Both the position numbers and the translations under genes were made by a program. 64,000 nucleotides of DNA from an uncultured Thermoleophilia bacterium (GTDB lineage: Bacteria; Actinomycetota; Thermoleophilia; RBG-16-64-13): the NCBI GenBank assembly GCA_963749535.1, contig CAVVNF010000021.1, positions 3,413 to 67,412 of the forward strand, in the 5' to 3' direction. Each line of letters starts with the position of its first letter. The stretch's first letter is position 1. The notes under the pieces were generated by a model, which saw only the letters and a list, made by a program, of their open reading frames with translations, was not told the origin of the DNA and ran no database searches. Shown here piece by piece: positions 48,002-57,639 of the stretch.

Positions 48002-49407
48002 TTCTTCTCCTCCGACCCAGCCAGCACCGATAACTTGACGGCACTGACCTTGCGATAGACCTCCTGCGGGATCCGAAGCTCGCCGTCGACCCTCAGCAGG
48101 TCCTCCACCCGGATGCCGAATAGTCGCTCGTTCTCTTCCAAATAGCCGCGGATCAGCCGCCAGTCCTTGTCGTCCAGTGGCGAGAACACCCCACCATTGA
48201 GCTGGCGCTCGACCACCTTGTAATGCGGGTCGCGGATATAGATCGCGCCGCCGCTCGCCAGAGAGAACAGGTTGCTGCCCGGGTACGGAGCCGCCTGGGG
48301 AACCATGCGGCCGCATCCGTCGAACTCGATGCCGTTCAGGATGACGAACCCGCCGCCGGCCAGAGGATCCCCGGCCATGAACGACTCCGCCAGGAAGTCG
48401 AGACAGGTGCCGTTGATGACCACCCGTGGTCGTCCCACGGCGTTGATCAACGGCCGGCCCGCCCCGTTGCCCAAGACGAACACGTCGCCGCCCTTGGCGC
48501 CATACATGAAAGTCTGTCCCACGTCGCCGTAGATCACCAGCTTGCCGCGCTTGGCGATCTGGGCCACCTGGTCTTGGGCGTTGCCGTGAATGTGCAGCTC
48601 CAGGCCGTCCATGCCACTGGCGGTGTAATCGCCGTTGGAGCCGTAAAGATCGATGCGCACGCCGTCGGTTCTCGCGCCCAGACCCACTCCGTGGAAGCGT
48701 TGTCCCCGCAGCCGATAGACGACGAACCGCTTCCACCCCGCCCGGTACGCCTCACGCAGCAGGACCGCGTCGCAGTCGTCGCCCTCGGGCGGGAAGCCCT
48801 GGCTATCGAGGCACAGCAGCTCCTCGCCGGACCGCGGAGCCGCCACCCGATCACGGGTGTCCCAGGTGATCCGCCGCCAGAAACCCGCCGTAGGATCGCC
48901 AAAAAGCGGGGCGGCGTCGAAGAGTTGGTCGAGTGTCTCCTCGATCACCTGGATAACCGTCGCGCGGCGTTTGTCTCCGGTCGGGAAGGGCCGGTCGTGA
49001 AGCTTCGTTAGCGTCTCGATGGCCGCGGCGCACGATCGGGAGTTATCCGCCCCTGCCAGCACGGTCTGGCAGAACCGCCGCAGCCGGCCGGCCGGCCAAG
49101 AGGGCATTTCCCGGGCCTCGGCGATCAAAGCCTCCACCTCACCTCGGCGCAGCATTTCATGGATGCCGGCCGCGGTCAGAGCTTGGATGGGCGCACCGCC
49201 GGGCGGCGATCCCTCCTGGTGGCTCTCGATGCCCGCCGGGCCAGTCGTCAAGCCGGTCACCGGGTCAGCCGCCGAGTCAGCCGGTACGTCGCAGCGCACC
49301 GTGCCCGTGTCGCACTTGACCTCGTGGCCGAACTTGTTGGTGCACGAGAGCCGCATGTGCTCGACTGTCGCCGTCGCTCCCCGGCGCCACGGTGAAGATG
49401 AACGCAC
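47998..49407 (-). CDS. GXGXG-motif protein (glutamate synthase alpha-subunit C-terminal domain / FwdC / MgsB family) with ~200-aa N-terminal extension
   Basis: 469-aa ORF. It has a beta-helix repeat region: LRGQRFHGVGLGARTDGVRIDLYGSNGDYTASGMDGLELHIHGNAQDQVAQIAKRGKLVIYGDVGQTFMYGAKGGDVFVLGNGAGRPLINAVG. The 5' end overlaps the upstream amidotransferase ORF by ~130 nt in another frame, so this is either a fusion broken by a frameshift at ~49390 or a separate gene. Confidence 0.75.
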   Translation of the reverse strand: MRSSSPWRRGATATVEHMRLSCTNKFGHEVKCDTGTVRCDVPADSAADPVTGLTTGPAGIESHQEGSPPGGAPIQALTAAGIHEMLRRGEVEALIAEAREMPSWPAGRLRRFCQTVLAGADNSRSCAAAIETLTKLHDRPFPTGDKRRATVIQVIEETLDQLFDAAPLFGDPTAGFWRRITWDTRDRVAAPRSGEELLCLDSQGFPPEGDDCDAVLLREAYRAGWKRFVVYRLRGQRFHGVGLGARTDGVRIDLYGSNGDYTASGMDGLELHIHGNAQDQVAQIAKRGKLVIYGDVGQTFMYGAKGGDVFVLGNGAGRPLINAVGRPRVVINGTCLDFLAESFMAGDPLAGGGFVILNGIEFDGCGRMVPQAAPYPGSNLFSLASGGAIYIRDPHYKVVERQLNGGVFSPLDDKDWRLIRGYLEENERLFGIRVEDLLRVDGELRIPQEVYRKVSAVKLSVLAGSEEKK

Positions 49408-50683
49408 CCCCGTCTGTCGACGAGCCGCCTCGAGCGTTCCAGTATTTGTCGGCCACCGGACAGAAGCGCGGATCGTCCTCCGCCAGGCTCCGCAGAGTTG
49501 CGTCGATGGCCTGCTTTTCCGAGCAGATCAGGCCGATCTGGACTTCGCCGCTGTCCGAGAGCGCGAAGACCTGCGGGCGCAGCATGGCCGTGTCGGTGAT
49601 GCCCAGCAACTGGAACCGGTCGCCCTGGCTGCGGGCGATGATGAAGAACCAGGGACCATCCGGCGACGCATGTATGTGGGTCGCCTGGATCTCCCGGTAA
49701 ATGAGCTGCTTCTCCGGCGGCAGCTTGTCGAAATCCAGCTCGGTGGTGGGAGCCAGCGCCTCGATGATGTACTCGAGTCGATACTTGTAGACGCGGTCCC
49801 ATAGGTCGAAGAGCTGGACGGACACCTCCGTGTCCGTGAGGAACTGCTGCCGGATATTGCGCTGGCGCAAGTACTCGCAGACCGAGTGGTAGTTGGCGAA
49901 GTCGCCGTTGTGTACCAGCGCCTCGTTCATGCCGACGAACGGGTGAGCTCCTCCGGGGTGCCACACGCGGCCCTTGGTGGGATAGCGCTGATGGGCGATC
50001 CACACATGGGCCTTGAAATCCTCGAGTTGGTAGTACTCCACGTTTTGCTCGGCGTATCCCACCATCTTGAAGACCAGCAGATTTCTCGAATGAGAGAGCA
50101 CGAAGGCACGCTTTTCGCCCAGCGACGCGTAGTACTCATCGTTGAGCCGGTAAGAGTTGCGCCACACGAACTCGTCTTCCAGCGCGCGCGGCGCGAGATC
50201 TTGCAGCCCCGTCGCCTCGGCGAAGGTCTTCAGGACACTCGGCTTCACGCGCGCCACATAGCGGTGAACGTCTGGCGGACGGACCTCCAGCCCGGCGATG
50301 TCGCGATAGTCGTCGACGTGCGGCTGCCGCGTGGCCAGGGCGATGTCGAAGTTGGGCAGGATGAACTCCCGCTCCAGCTCGGCATGGCAGTCGGTATCGA
50401 GCAGGGCTATCTGGAGCAGATAGTGACTTGCGAGCATCTCGTCGGTGATGCCCAGTTGCTCGGGAACGAGGCCCGCCGCCGCGATGCCGCCGCCTTTGCC
50501 GTTGCCGCGGTTCTGCATCTGCTTCGACGGCTCGTAGATGAATCGCCCTTTCACCGGCACCGTGCAGGCAAAGCCGGTTACGCCGCACCCGCCTTCCTCT
50601 ACGCGCTCGGATCCGATCGGCTCTTCGGGACCCGAATAGACCTGCGACCGGCTGGCCAACAGACGTTCGGCGGATTCGCTCAC
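49277..50683 (-). CDS. class II (Ntn-type) glutamine amidotransferase-like protein (glutamate synthase domain-1 / MgsA family)
   Basis: Start placed at GTG 50683, forming a GTGA overlap with the upstream stop. The candidate nucleophile Cys sits in EEGGCGVTGFAC after a ~30-aa leader. Other motifs: NRGNGKGGGIAA and AHQRYPTKGRVWHPGGAHPF...ALVHNGDFANY. Confidence 0.75.
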   Translation of the reverse strand: MSESAERLLASRSQVYSGPEEPIGSERVEEGGCGVTGFACTVPVKGRFIYEPSKQMQNRGNGKGGGIAAAGLVPEQLGITDEMLASHYLLQIALLDTDCHAELEREFILPNFDIALATRQPHVDDYRDIAGLEVRPPDVHRYVARVKPSVLKTFAEATGLQDLAPRALEDEFVWRNSYRLNDEYYASLGEKRAFVLSHSRNLLVFKMVGYAEQNVEYYQLEDFKAHVWIAHQRYPTKGRVWHPGGAHPFVGMNEALVHNGDFANYHSVCEYLRQRNIRQQFLTDTEVSVQLFDLWDRVYKYRLEYIIEALAPTTELDFDKLPPEKQLIYREIQATHIHASPDGPWFFIIARSQGDRFQLLGITDTAMLRPQVFALSDSGEVQIGLICSEKQAIDATLRSLAEDDPRFCPVADKYWNARGGSSTDGGAFIFTVAPGSDGDSRAHAALVHQQVRPRGQVRHGHGALRRTG

Positions 50684-52381
50684 GGGGACACCTCCCCGGC
50701 CATGGCCGGCTCGTCGCTGAGGTAGCACAGCACGTCGCTACGCCCTCGAAGCTCGCGGATCGACGCCATCCCCAGGTGCCCGAGCACCACCAGCATCTCC
50801 TCGCGCCAGGCATTGTTGAGGTTGATCAGCCGCTGTGTGGCCCACTCGAGGCTCATCTGCATCATCATTTCGGGGTCGGTGGTAGCGATGCCGCGCGGGC
50901 AGCCCCGGCCGCTCTCGCAGCAGGCACAGCGCACGCAGCCCAAGGCCACCAGCTCGGCCGTGCCGATCACCACGCCGTCGGCGCCCAAGGCGATGGCCTT
51001 CAACGCGTCGTAGGCCGTGCGGATGACCGCCGGAGGCGATTAGCGTGATCTGATCCCGGATTCCTTCGGCGACCAGGAACTTGTGCACCTTGGGGATGGC
51101 GTACTCGATGGGCATGGCGATGTTCTTCTTGGCGATGTCTGGCGCCGCGCCGGTGCCGCCGTAGCTGCCGTCCAGATGGATGATGTGCGCTCCCGCGTAG
51201 TAGCTGCCCACCGCCACCATATCCACGTCGGTGGGCGTCGAGACCTTCACGCTCACCAGACAGTCAGGGTTCACTTCCTTGATCCAGTCCACGTGCTTCT
51301 TGTGGTCTTCCACGCTGTAGACGCTGTGGAAGGGGAACGGGCTGAACAAGGCGTTGCCGGCCACGGCCTCGCGCATGCGGGCGACCGGCGGCGTGTTCTT
51401 GTCGCCCAGCAGATGGCCGCCCAGGCCCGGCTTGGCGCCCTGCGCGTACTTGAACTCCACGATCCGCACGCGCTGGATGGTCTCCTCGCGCACACCGAAC
51501 AGGCCCGTGGCGACTTGCGTGATCACGTGGTCGTCGTAGGGCCTGAGGCGGTCGTGGTACCCGCCCTCTCCAGTGCAGGTGAAGCTGTTCCAGGCCGCAG
51601 CCGCGCGGGCCTTCGCCAGGATCGTGTGGATGCTCACCGAGCCGAAGCTCATCCCGCCCCCGTACATGGGGATGTCGAGATGGACTTGCGGCCGGCCGTC
51701 GCCGCGTCGGTTCAGATCCAGACCCGTGTCGATTTCGACGGCGCTGCCGGGCCGGCGGCGACTCGGCGGCGTGACCGAGGCTGCGCGTCGAGGCGGCGCG
51801 GCGACTACCCGGGCCGGAGCCTTCGATTTCGTCGCTTGGAACTTGAAGCGCAGCCTGTCGAACCCGCCGCCCGAAGCACCGTGCCGATATTCGAGATGCG
51901 GCGGCGCGGCATGCCCGGTGGCGGCCTGATGCCAGGTGGACAGGATCAGATCGCTCGACCAGCGCGGATCGCCCATGCAGTCGGCAGCGGGATTGCGCCG
52001 CATCGTGAGCGCCTTCTGAGGGCACTGCGCCACGCATGACTCGGCCGTCTCCGCGCACTCCGGGCCGATGCACAAATGGTCCTGGGGCCGAAGAGTGAAG
52101 GCATAGCCCTCGGGCTTGACATGCACTCCATGACGGCACACCTCCACGCACCGGCCACACGATGCGCACCGAGCCAGGCGGTCGATCTTGTACTTGCCCA
52201 AGACGTTGCGGTAGCGATCGGGGGCCGGGCGGATCTCCCGGTCGACCTGCCCCTGCGGCCATGCGCTCTGGCCCAGATGCGAAGCCGATGCCTGCGCAGG
52301 CTCGTCCCGGACTTCGGCCGAGACTTCGCCCGCAGCTTCGACCGGGACTTCGCCAGGAATGGTTGCCGCGTCCATCGTCAT
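50680..52381 (-). pseudogene. ferredoxin-fused glutamate synthase FMN-domain (domain-2) protein, catalytic-looking paralogue (one frameshift as assembled, ~51000)
   Basis: Start at ATG 52381, forming an ATGA overlap with the upstream stop. N-terminal Cys motifs: CASCGRCVEVC and CIGPECAETAESCVAQCP. TIM-barrel motifs: IPMYGGGMSFGSVS, VEFKYAQGAKPGLGGHLLG, HLDGSYGGTGAAP and LIASGG. After the shift, ORF 50680..51003 reads ALGADGVVIGTAELVALGC...CCESGRGCPRGIATTDPE. Confidence 0.8.
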
Positions 52382-53802
52382 GCACACACCTGACCCTGAG
52401 ACACGCGGGCCAGATCGCCGAATGCCTCCTTCTCGATATCCTCCATGAAGATGGCTCGTCCCACTTCGCCACGAAGGCGGCGGACTTCGCGGATGCCCAT
52501 GGCGCCCAGCACCTCGATGAGCTGGCTGTGCCACGCGCCCATGAGGTTGACCATGCGCTGGGCAGCGTAGGCAGAATCGCCCGAACCGATCTCGGCCGGG
52601 CAGGCGTTTTCGGAGTTGCATCGGCGGCCCTCACGGCACACCCGGCAGCCCAGAGCCACCAGAAGCGGTGTGTCCACGGCTACCAGGTCGGCCCCGCAGA
52701 TGATCGCCTTGGCCATGTGCTCGGCCAGGGCGATCCCGCCGGAGATGATCAGCGTGACCTCGTCGCGGAGCCCTTCTTTCACCAGTCGCCCGTGGACCTC
52801 GCGGAGGGCGTCCTTGATGTGCCGGCCGGGGCGCCCGTCATCCAGCAGCTCGCGCCCGTGCTGGTCGGCGCAGAGTTGAAAGACCTTGACGCCCGTCCGG
52901 CCCAACTCGACGATGCGGTCGGCTGTCGCGTGACACAGCACCAAGCGGACGGAGACCACCAACTGCTTGTGGGCGGCTTGGATCTCGCCGGCCAACTCCG
53001 CCGTATCCGAACCGTCAACCACTTGCACCATGCGCACGGCTTGGAGGAGGTCCTGGCTCCGTTCGATGTCGTCTTTGCCCAGCAACGGGCACCGCGAACG
53101 GCAGTAACTCTGGCGGCAGCGCGGACGCATCGGCTGCCGGCATCACGGCCACGGAGCTGAGCTTCATGGCCGCCACAGCGCGGGCAGCAGCCATGTGCTC
53201 GCTCTCAACCGGCCAGGCCGGCATGTCTAGGATCGCCGGAAGCTGGATCTCCAGCAGATGGGAGGGCGGAGTGAGCAGCTTGCCGTCGGGGGCGAACCTC
53301 AGGCGCATGGGCTTGGGGCCGATGTCCACCGAGGTGGAGATGTACTCGCGACCGTGGATTCCGTCGCGCGTGGGCCGGACGATCTCCGACATGTCCGTCC
53401 AGATGGAGTCGAAACCAGGGCCGTAGAACCGTCCGCGATAGCCCGCCCCGGAGACGGGGATCCTGCCGGCATCGGACTGGTTCCAGGTGGTGAGAATGAT
53501 GTCGGGCTTCCAGTACTCGTCGCCCATGTCCAGGAACTCCGGGTTGACCGAGATGCTCAGCAGTCCCTTGGTGCAACCCTGGACGCAGGACAGGCAGGCC
53601 TTGCATTCGTTGAGCGTCTGGACCGAGGCCAGCGGGTCGCGGTTGTAGGTCGCTTCGTTCCGGTAGACGTCATAGAGGCAACGCAGCTTGACGCAGTTGG
53701 TGCAGCGGGAGCAGTCCTCGCGCCAGTCGACGTTGCCGAACTTGCCCACCCGGCGGAACCGCGGGCCGTGGGAACGGCGTGAATGTGGTAGCGGTCGGGC
53801 AT
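52378..53802 (-). pseudogene. ferredoxin-fused glutamate synthase FMN-domain-like protein, degenerate paralogue (two frameshifts as assembled, ~53780 and ~53110)
   Basis: ATG 53802 (MPDRYHIH) matches the PDRY segment of the downstream paralogue. It then shifts to ORF 53015..54253 (RFRRVGKFGNVDWREDCSRCTNCVKLRCLYD...CKACLSCVQGC...IPVSGAGYRGRFYGPGFDSIWTDMSE). The C-terminal half is in 52378..53130 (LIISGGIALAEHMAKAIICGADLVAVDTPLLVALGC...ACPAEIGSGD). The GGTGA and KPGxGG motifs are not recognisable. Confidence 0.7.
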
Positions 53803-53814
53803 GCCTACGTCCCC

Positions 53815-54677
53815 TTACGCCAGTCCGGCTGCCTCGATCACCTGGCCGGCAAGCGCTTCGCAGCCGCCGCTGAGGATGTGGATGCCGCGGACGCCCGGCA
53901 TCGTCTTGAGCTTGGCGGCTATCTCGGCTGCCATGGCCAGGCCCTCCTTGGCCGCGTCGGGGGCGCTGGCCAACCGGGCGACCACGGTTTCGTCGAGCGG
54001 TCCGTAGGTCTGCTGTTGCCGCAGGTGCTCGGCCTGCTCGACGCTGGTCAGGGGCAGCACGCTGGCGATGATGGCCGCCCGCTTGTCCAGTCCGGCCGCC
54101 CGAACCGAATCCATCCACCGAGTGAAGCCGGCAAGGTCGAACACCGGCTGCGTGAGCAGGAAGTCCGCCCCGGCCGCGATCTTCTTCTTGAGCCGGAGCA
54201 GGTTCAGCTCCATCGGCTGCTGATGGGGATGGGCCACCGCCCCGACCAGCCATCTCCGCGCGAGATCCAAACCCTTACCATCTGGGCTTGCGCGAGCTGG
54301 GTGGAGTCGATGTCGTTGACCCCGGCCGCCTGGGGACAGACCCCGAGAGACTGGTGATTGCCGCTGAGGCAGAGGATAGCGCCGATGCCCAGTGCCGCGG
54401 CCCCCAGAGCATCGCTCTCCAAGGCGATGCGGTTGCGGTCGCGGGTCACCATGGACAGAACCGCCTCGCGGCCTTCGCGGGCCAGGAGAGCCGCACACGC
54501 CAAGGCCGAACCGTGGATCTCGTCGGGGTTGTCCGCCACCACCACCGCGTCCAGGCTCGGCGACAGCGCGGCCGAGAGCTTCTTGACAGCCTCCGCGCCG
54601 CCGGTGCGCGGCGGCAGGCACTCGGCCGTTAGAACGAGTTTGCCGGAGGTCAATGCCTCGCCGAACTTAGTCTTCAT
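53815..54677 (-). pseudogene. metF: methylenetetrahydrofolate reductase, small acetogen-type MetF (one frameshift as assembled, ~54260)
   Basis: ATG 54677 (MKTKFGEALTSGKLVLTAECLPP...VVVADNP...LSMVTRDRNRIALESDALGAAALGIGAILCLSGNH) in ORF 54204..54785. It continues in ORF 53815..54621 (LVGAVAHPHQQPMELNLLRLKKKIAAGADFLLTQPVFDLAGF...). The start overlaps the upstream gene by 11 nt. Confidence 0.8.
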
Positions 54678-55272
54678 TGGCGTCATCGCTGGTATCCAGT
54701 TCTTGGTAAGGGTCCTCGGCCGCTTCGGGTACATCGATGTCGAAAGGAGTGGGGGCCAGGCCGTCCAGCGCCAGCAACACTGCATCCCGGATGGCCGCGA
54801 CCCGGGCGTCCCCGGCTTCGGCCGTGCAAACCGGCACGGATCTTCCTGCGCCCAGCGCCATGTCTTCGGTGGCAGTGCCAGGCAGGTGAAAGAGCATCAA
54901 ACGCTCCCCTCCAAGCCCAATCTCGTCGAGGATCGCCCGAAGATAGTCCACCCGGCGAGCGCATCGCATGCTGCCTTCCAGGTAGTGACAGTTGTCCTCC
55001 TGGCACGCGACCGCGCAGACCAATCGGGCGCCGGACTCAAATGCCTTCAGGACGTGCTCCGGCTGGATCCGCCCCGTGCAGGGCACCAGCACTTCCCGCA
55101 CCGAAAAGGGCCAATCGAACCTCGGGACGATCGGACGCGACCGATCACCGGAGTTCGGCGCCTCGCTCGGCCGCGCGCAATTCATGCAGACAAAGGCCGT
55201 CACGATCGTGGCGTCGGCGGCGGAGTCGGTCGGCTGCTCAACATCGGAAAGAATCGATGGAGGAGCCATCAA
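54667..55272 (-). CDS. divergent MvhD/FlpD-like protein (first gene of the operon)
   Basis: 201-aa ORF with VTAFVCMNCARP, VLVPCTGRIQPEHVLKAFESGARLVCAVACQEDNCHYLEGS and an acidic C-terminal tail. GAGGAAGGG lies upstream of the ATG at 55269. Confidence 0.7.
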   Translation of the reverse strand: MMAPPSILSDVEQPTDSAADATIVTAFVCMNCARPSEAPNSGDRSRPIVPRFDWPFSVREVLVPCTGRIQPEHVLKAFESGARLVCAVACQEDNCHYLEGSMRCARRVDYLRAILDEIGLGGERLMLFHLPGTATEDMALGAGRSVPVCTAEAGDARVAAIRDAVLLALDGLAPTPFDIDVPEAAEDPYQELDTSDDANED

Positions 55273-55919
55273 AGCCCGTGCCCTTCCTCAAAGACCCTCT
55301 TCAAGTTCACCCGGAATACTCGCGAAGCTGTCAAGAAAGCCAAGGACGTCGACGAACGTGAGGCGGACGAGCTTGCTCTGTTTCTCCTCGGCGGGGCGAA
55401 GGACGTCCTTCTTGCTCAGTTCTTCTCCTATCGGATGCTCTTCTCAGTCCGTGGACCGTTTAGAGTAGCAGCAGTTGCAACGGGGTGGTTTGTCCAAAAG
55501 GCCAGTATTTAGCTGGGAATAGTTGGACCTATGTATTGCCCGAGGAGTTCCGAAGAAAACCCGAGTTACGGAGCGGTGGGGACCGAGACTGACAGCGGCG
55601 ATGACCAAGAATGTCAGCTTCGCGCACCGCGCTCCGCCTCGTGGTGCAGGGCAGCGACGTCTACAACTATCCGAATCAATGGCCGACGAATGCTCACGAG
55701 CGCACTGTCAACAGCGGCGAGCGCCTGATCTACGCGGGAGGCTAGTATGATTCGCACCTTCTTGCGCCCGTTATCCCCGCGAAATGAGGCCAAGCCGACT
55801 GTAGCCCTCGAGCAAAGCAAGGAGGCCCGGGAACTCGCCGGGCTTCCTTGCCACCCGAACCCCCCAATGACTCTGCTTCGAAGGAGCTACTGGCGGATCG
55901 AACCTCTACCCCAATGCAC

Positions 55920-56860
55920 CTACCCCTCCCTAGTTCCCAAGGGGGGAAAGATCGCCTGGGGAGCGCCATATTGCTGCCCCCAGTCCAGCCAGGCGACGTC
56001 GGTGGCGCCGACGTTGTAGGTGAGCACCTTCCAGACCGCCGTTCCAGTGAAGAAGCCCCATCGCTTCATCACTAAAAGCACCGGCTTGCACGTCCTGAAG
56101 GTAGGGAGTCTTCGAGTAGTCGATGGGGGCGCCGCTCGGCTGAACCGTCTGGCCCAGCACGAAAGCAAAATCGTTCTCCACTTTGAAGGTGTCGATCACG
56201 AAGAGGACCGATTGGTTCAGCTCCTTTTCGACGGGGACCCGAAGCACATCCAGGATGGCCTTCCGTTCGGCCGAGCCGGACGCGGGCGTATGCAGACGCG
56301 GCTCGGGAGCCGGAGCCAGGGTCGTGGTGGTGGTCGAGGGAAGCGAGGAGGTGGTGGTCGAGGGAAGCGAGGAGGTGGTGGTGCTTTCGGTGTCGCTGGA
56401 GCTGGTGGAGGGGATGGTGACGGTGGTGGACACCTGCGGCCAAAGTGCTAGTGGAGGACTCGCTGGACGACAGTCGTCGACGAGGAGGCCGTCTTGCCAG
56501 AATCGTTGCCGCGCAGGCCGAAGTAAGCGCCCAGCCCCGGCTCCGGCCAGCACGATGACTGCAGCCACGACGATGCCTACGATCAGCCCGGTACGCCGGC
56601 GCGGCGGCGGTGCCTGCCAGCCTGGCGTGTATCCCGATGGGGCGGCGATGGAGGTGGCGCGTAGCTTATGCGGCGGTGGCGGGACTGAGCGGGATCCTGG
56701 CGGCTCAGAGGAAGCGGCCGGCCTGACTTGGGTCGCATCTAGTCCGGACTCCAGCCCGGCGGCTCCCCCCGTCCTCTGGACCTGGGGGGCAGGCGCCCCG
56801 CATTCTTTGCAGAATGCCGCGCCCTTCATCGATCGTCTTGCCACAACTGGAGCAAAACAT
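55920..56860 (-). pseudogene. double zinc-ribbon, single-pass membrane protein with Ser/Thr-rich linker (three or more frameshifts as assembled)
   Basis: N-terminus: MFCSSCGKTIDEG (frame of 56705..56917) then AAFCKECGAPAP (frame of 55930..56901). TM helix: LIVGIVVAAVIVLAGAGAG. Linker: TTTSSLPSTTTSSLPSTTTTT. The C-terminal domain finishes in the frame of 55920..56168 (TAVWKVLTYNVGATDVAWLDWGQQYGAPQAIF). Confidence 0.55.
56331..56378 (-). repeat. perfect 24-bp tandem duplication inside the Ser/Thr linker
   Basis: tggtcgagggaagcgaggaggtgg occurs twice back to back (56331-56354 and 56355-56378), encoding the repeated SSLPSTTT. Confidence 0.85.
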
Positions 56861-57127
56861 CGGATCCCCTCCCCTTTCGCAGCCCTGGGCTCCGCATCCA
56901 TCGATCATCCAACGCAAGCGTAAGACATGCGCGCGCTGTAGTCCATACCTTGCGGTGCCCGCGTGCGCGGCAGATACCCGCTGGGATGGCGATTACTGAG
57001 GCCACCATTAGCGGCGTCTTGCTCGCCGACGCGCGAAGGTGCAACTTTGACGGCTTGTCGCCCAGTTCCGCTCTCCGATGTGGCCGGCAGCTTGGTTACG
57101 CTCGCGCCTCGACCCGACACGCGCTCG

Positions 57128-57163
57128 CCCTTTGGTTTGAAGCGGTTTGCCAAAGGGTATAAT
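57128..57163 (+). promoter_or_regulatory. candidate promoter with embedded inverted repeat
   Basis: The consensus -10 TATAAT (57158-57163) directly abuts the inverted repeat CCCTTTGG (57128-57135) / CCAAAGGG (57150-57157). A -35-like TTGAAG (57137-57142) gives a 15-nt spacer, which is suboptimal. It would drive plus-strand transcription toward the small ORF at 57494. Confidence 0.3.
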
Positions 57164-57493
57164 GATATTTGGTAGGGATTTACCCTGCTCTCAGAAGGGC
57201 CAGAATGGGCACCCTAGTTTGTGAGTTGCAGCGTAGCTTGCGCGACCACACCCTACCTTCCCGTCCTCTTCCTCCTCCGCAAACTCAAAGTGCGTCGATT
57301 GCTGTGCGCCGAACGCTTTCGGGGCCCAGCGATGAGCCACAAGCCAGAAAGGAGAGTCCCAGAAGCCGGACCGATCGATGAAACTGGCCGGGTGAGCTGT
57401 CAGGAAGCATCGAAAACCGGCTTGGTGCAAAGAAACGGGCATCTTCGCCCCGATGAGCACGCATCACGTAGTTTAGACAGGAGATAAAGAATC

Positions 57494-57592
57494 ATGGCAG
57501 GCTTCATTGCTCTTATGGCCTCGGCACTAGTTGGTGCAGCCCTTGTGGTCTTCTTTTCTTTGCAGGACAGATGGGCGACCAGGGGTCTCTAA
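57494..57592 (+). CDS. 32-aa hydrophobic small protein, paralogue 1 (not in the ORF track)
   Basis: ATG preceded by GACAGGAGATAAAGAATC. It encodes MAGFIALMASALVGAALVVFFSLQDRWATRGL, then TAA. It is 21/32 identical to the ORF at 59461, with synonymous differences at conserved residues. Confidence 0.6.
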   Translation: MAGFIALMASALVGAALVVFFSLQDRWATRGL

Positions 57593-57639
57593 CCTCGAGG
57601 ATCCCGGCATGTCCGTCACCCGCCATTCTTGTTCAGTGA

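Noticed and set aside
46527-54253. N-terminal extensions of track ORFs 46527..47765, 47417..48736, 41450..42148, 50738..52621 and 53015..54253.
   Set aside because: The extended parts overlap the upstream conserved gene in another frame and look non-native. Internal starts that form ATGA/GTGA/TTGA overlaps with the upstream stop give products of canonical length.
55291-55443. 51-codon open frame upstream of the operon on the minus strand (…EELSKKDVLRPAEEKQSKLVRLTFVDVLGFLDSFASIPGELEEGL), which looks protein-like.
   Set aside because: It is bounded by stops, has no ATG/GTG/TTG start in frame, and matches no recognisable family.
57165-57493. Riboswitch-like 330-nt leader upstream of small ORF 1. 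It contains AGCCAGAA and GGTGCAAAG strings reminiscent of cobalamin-element fragments.
   Set aside because: The strings are in the wrong order and spacing for the cobalamin element. No other known riboswitch core was recognisable. Only the last ~50 nt are shared with the paralogous locus.
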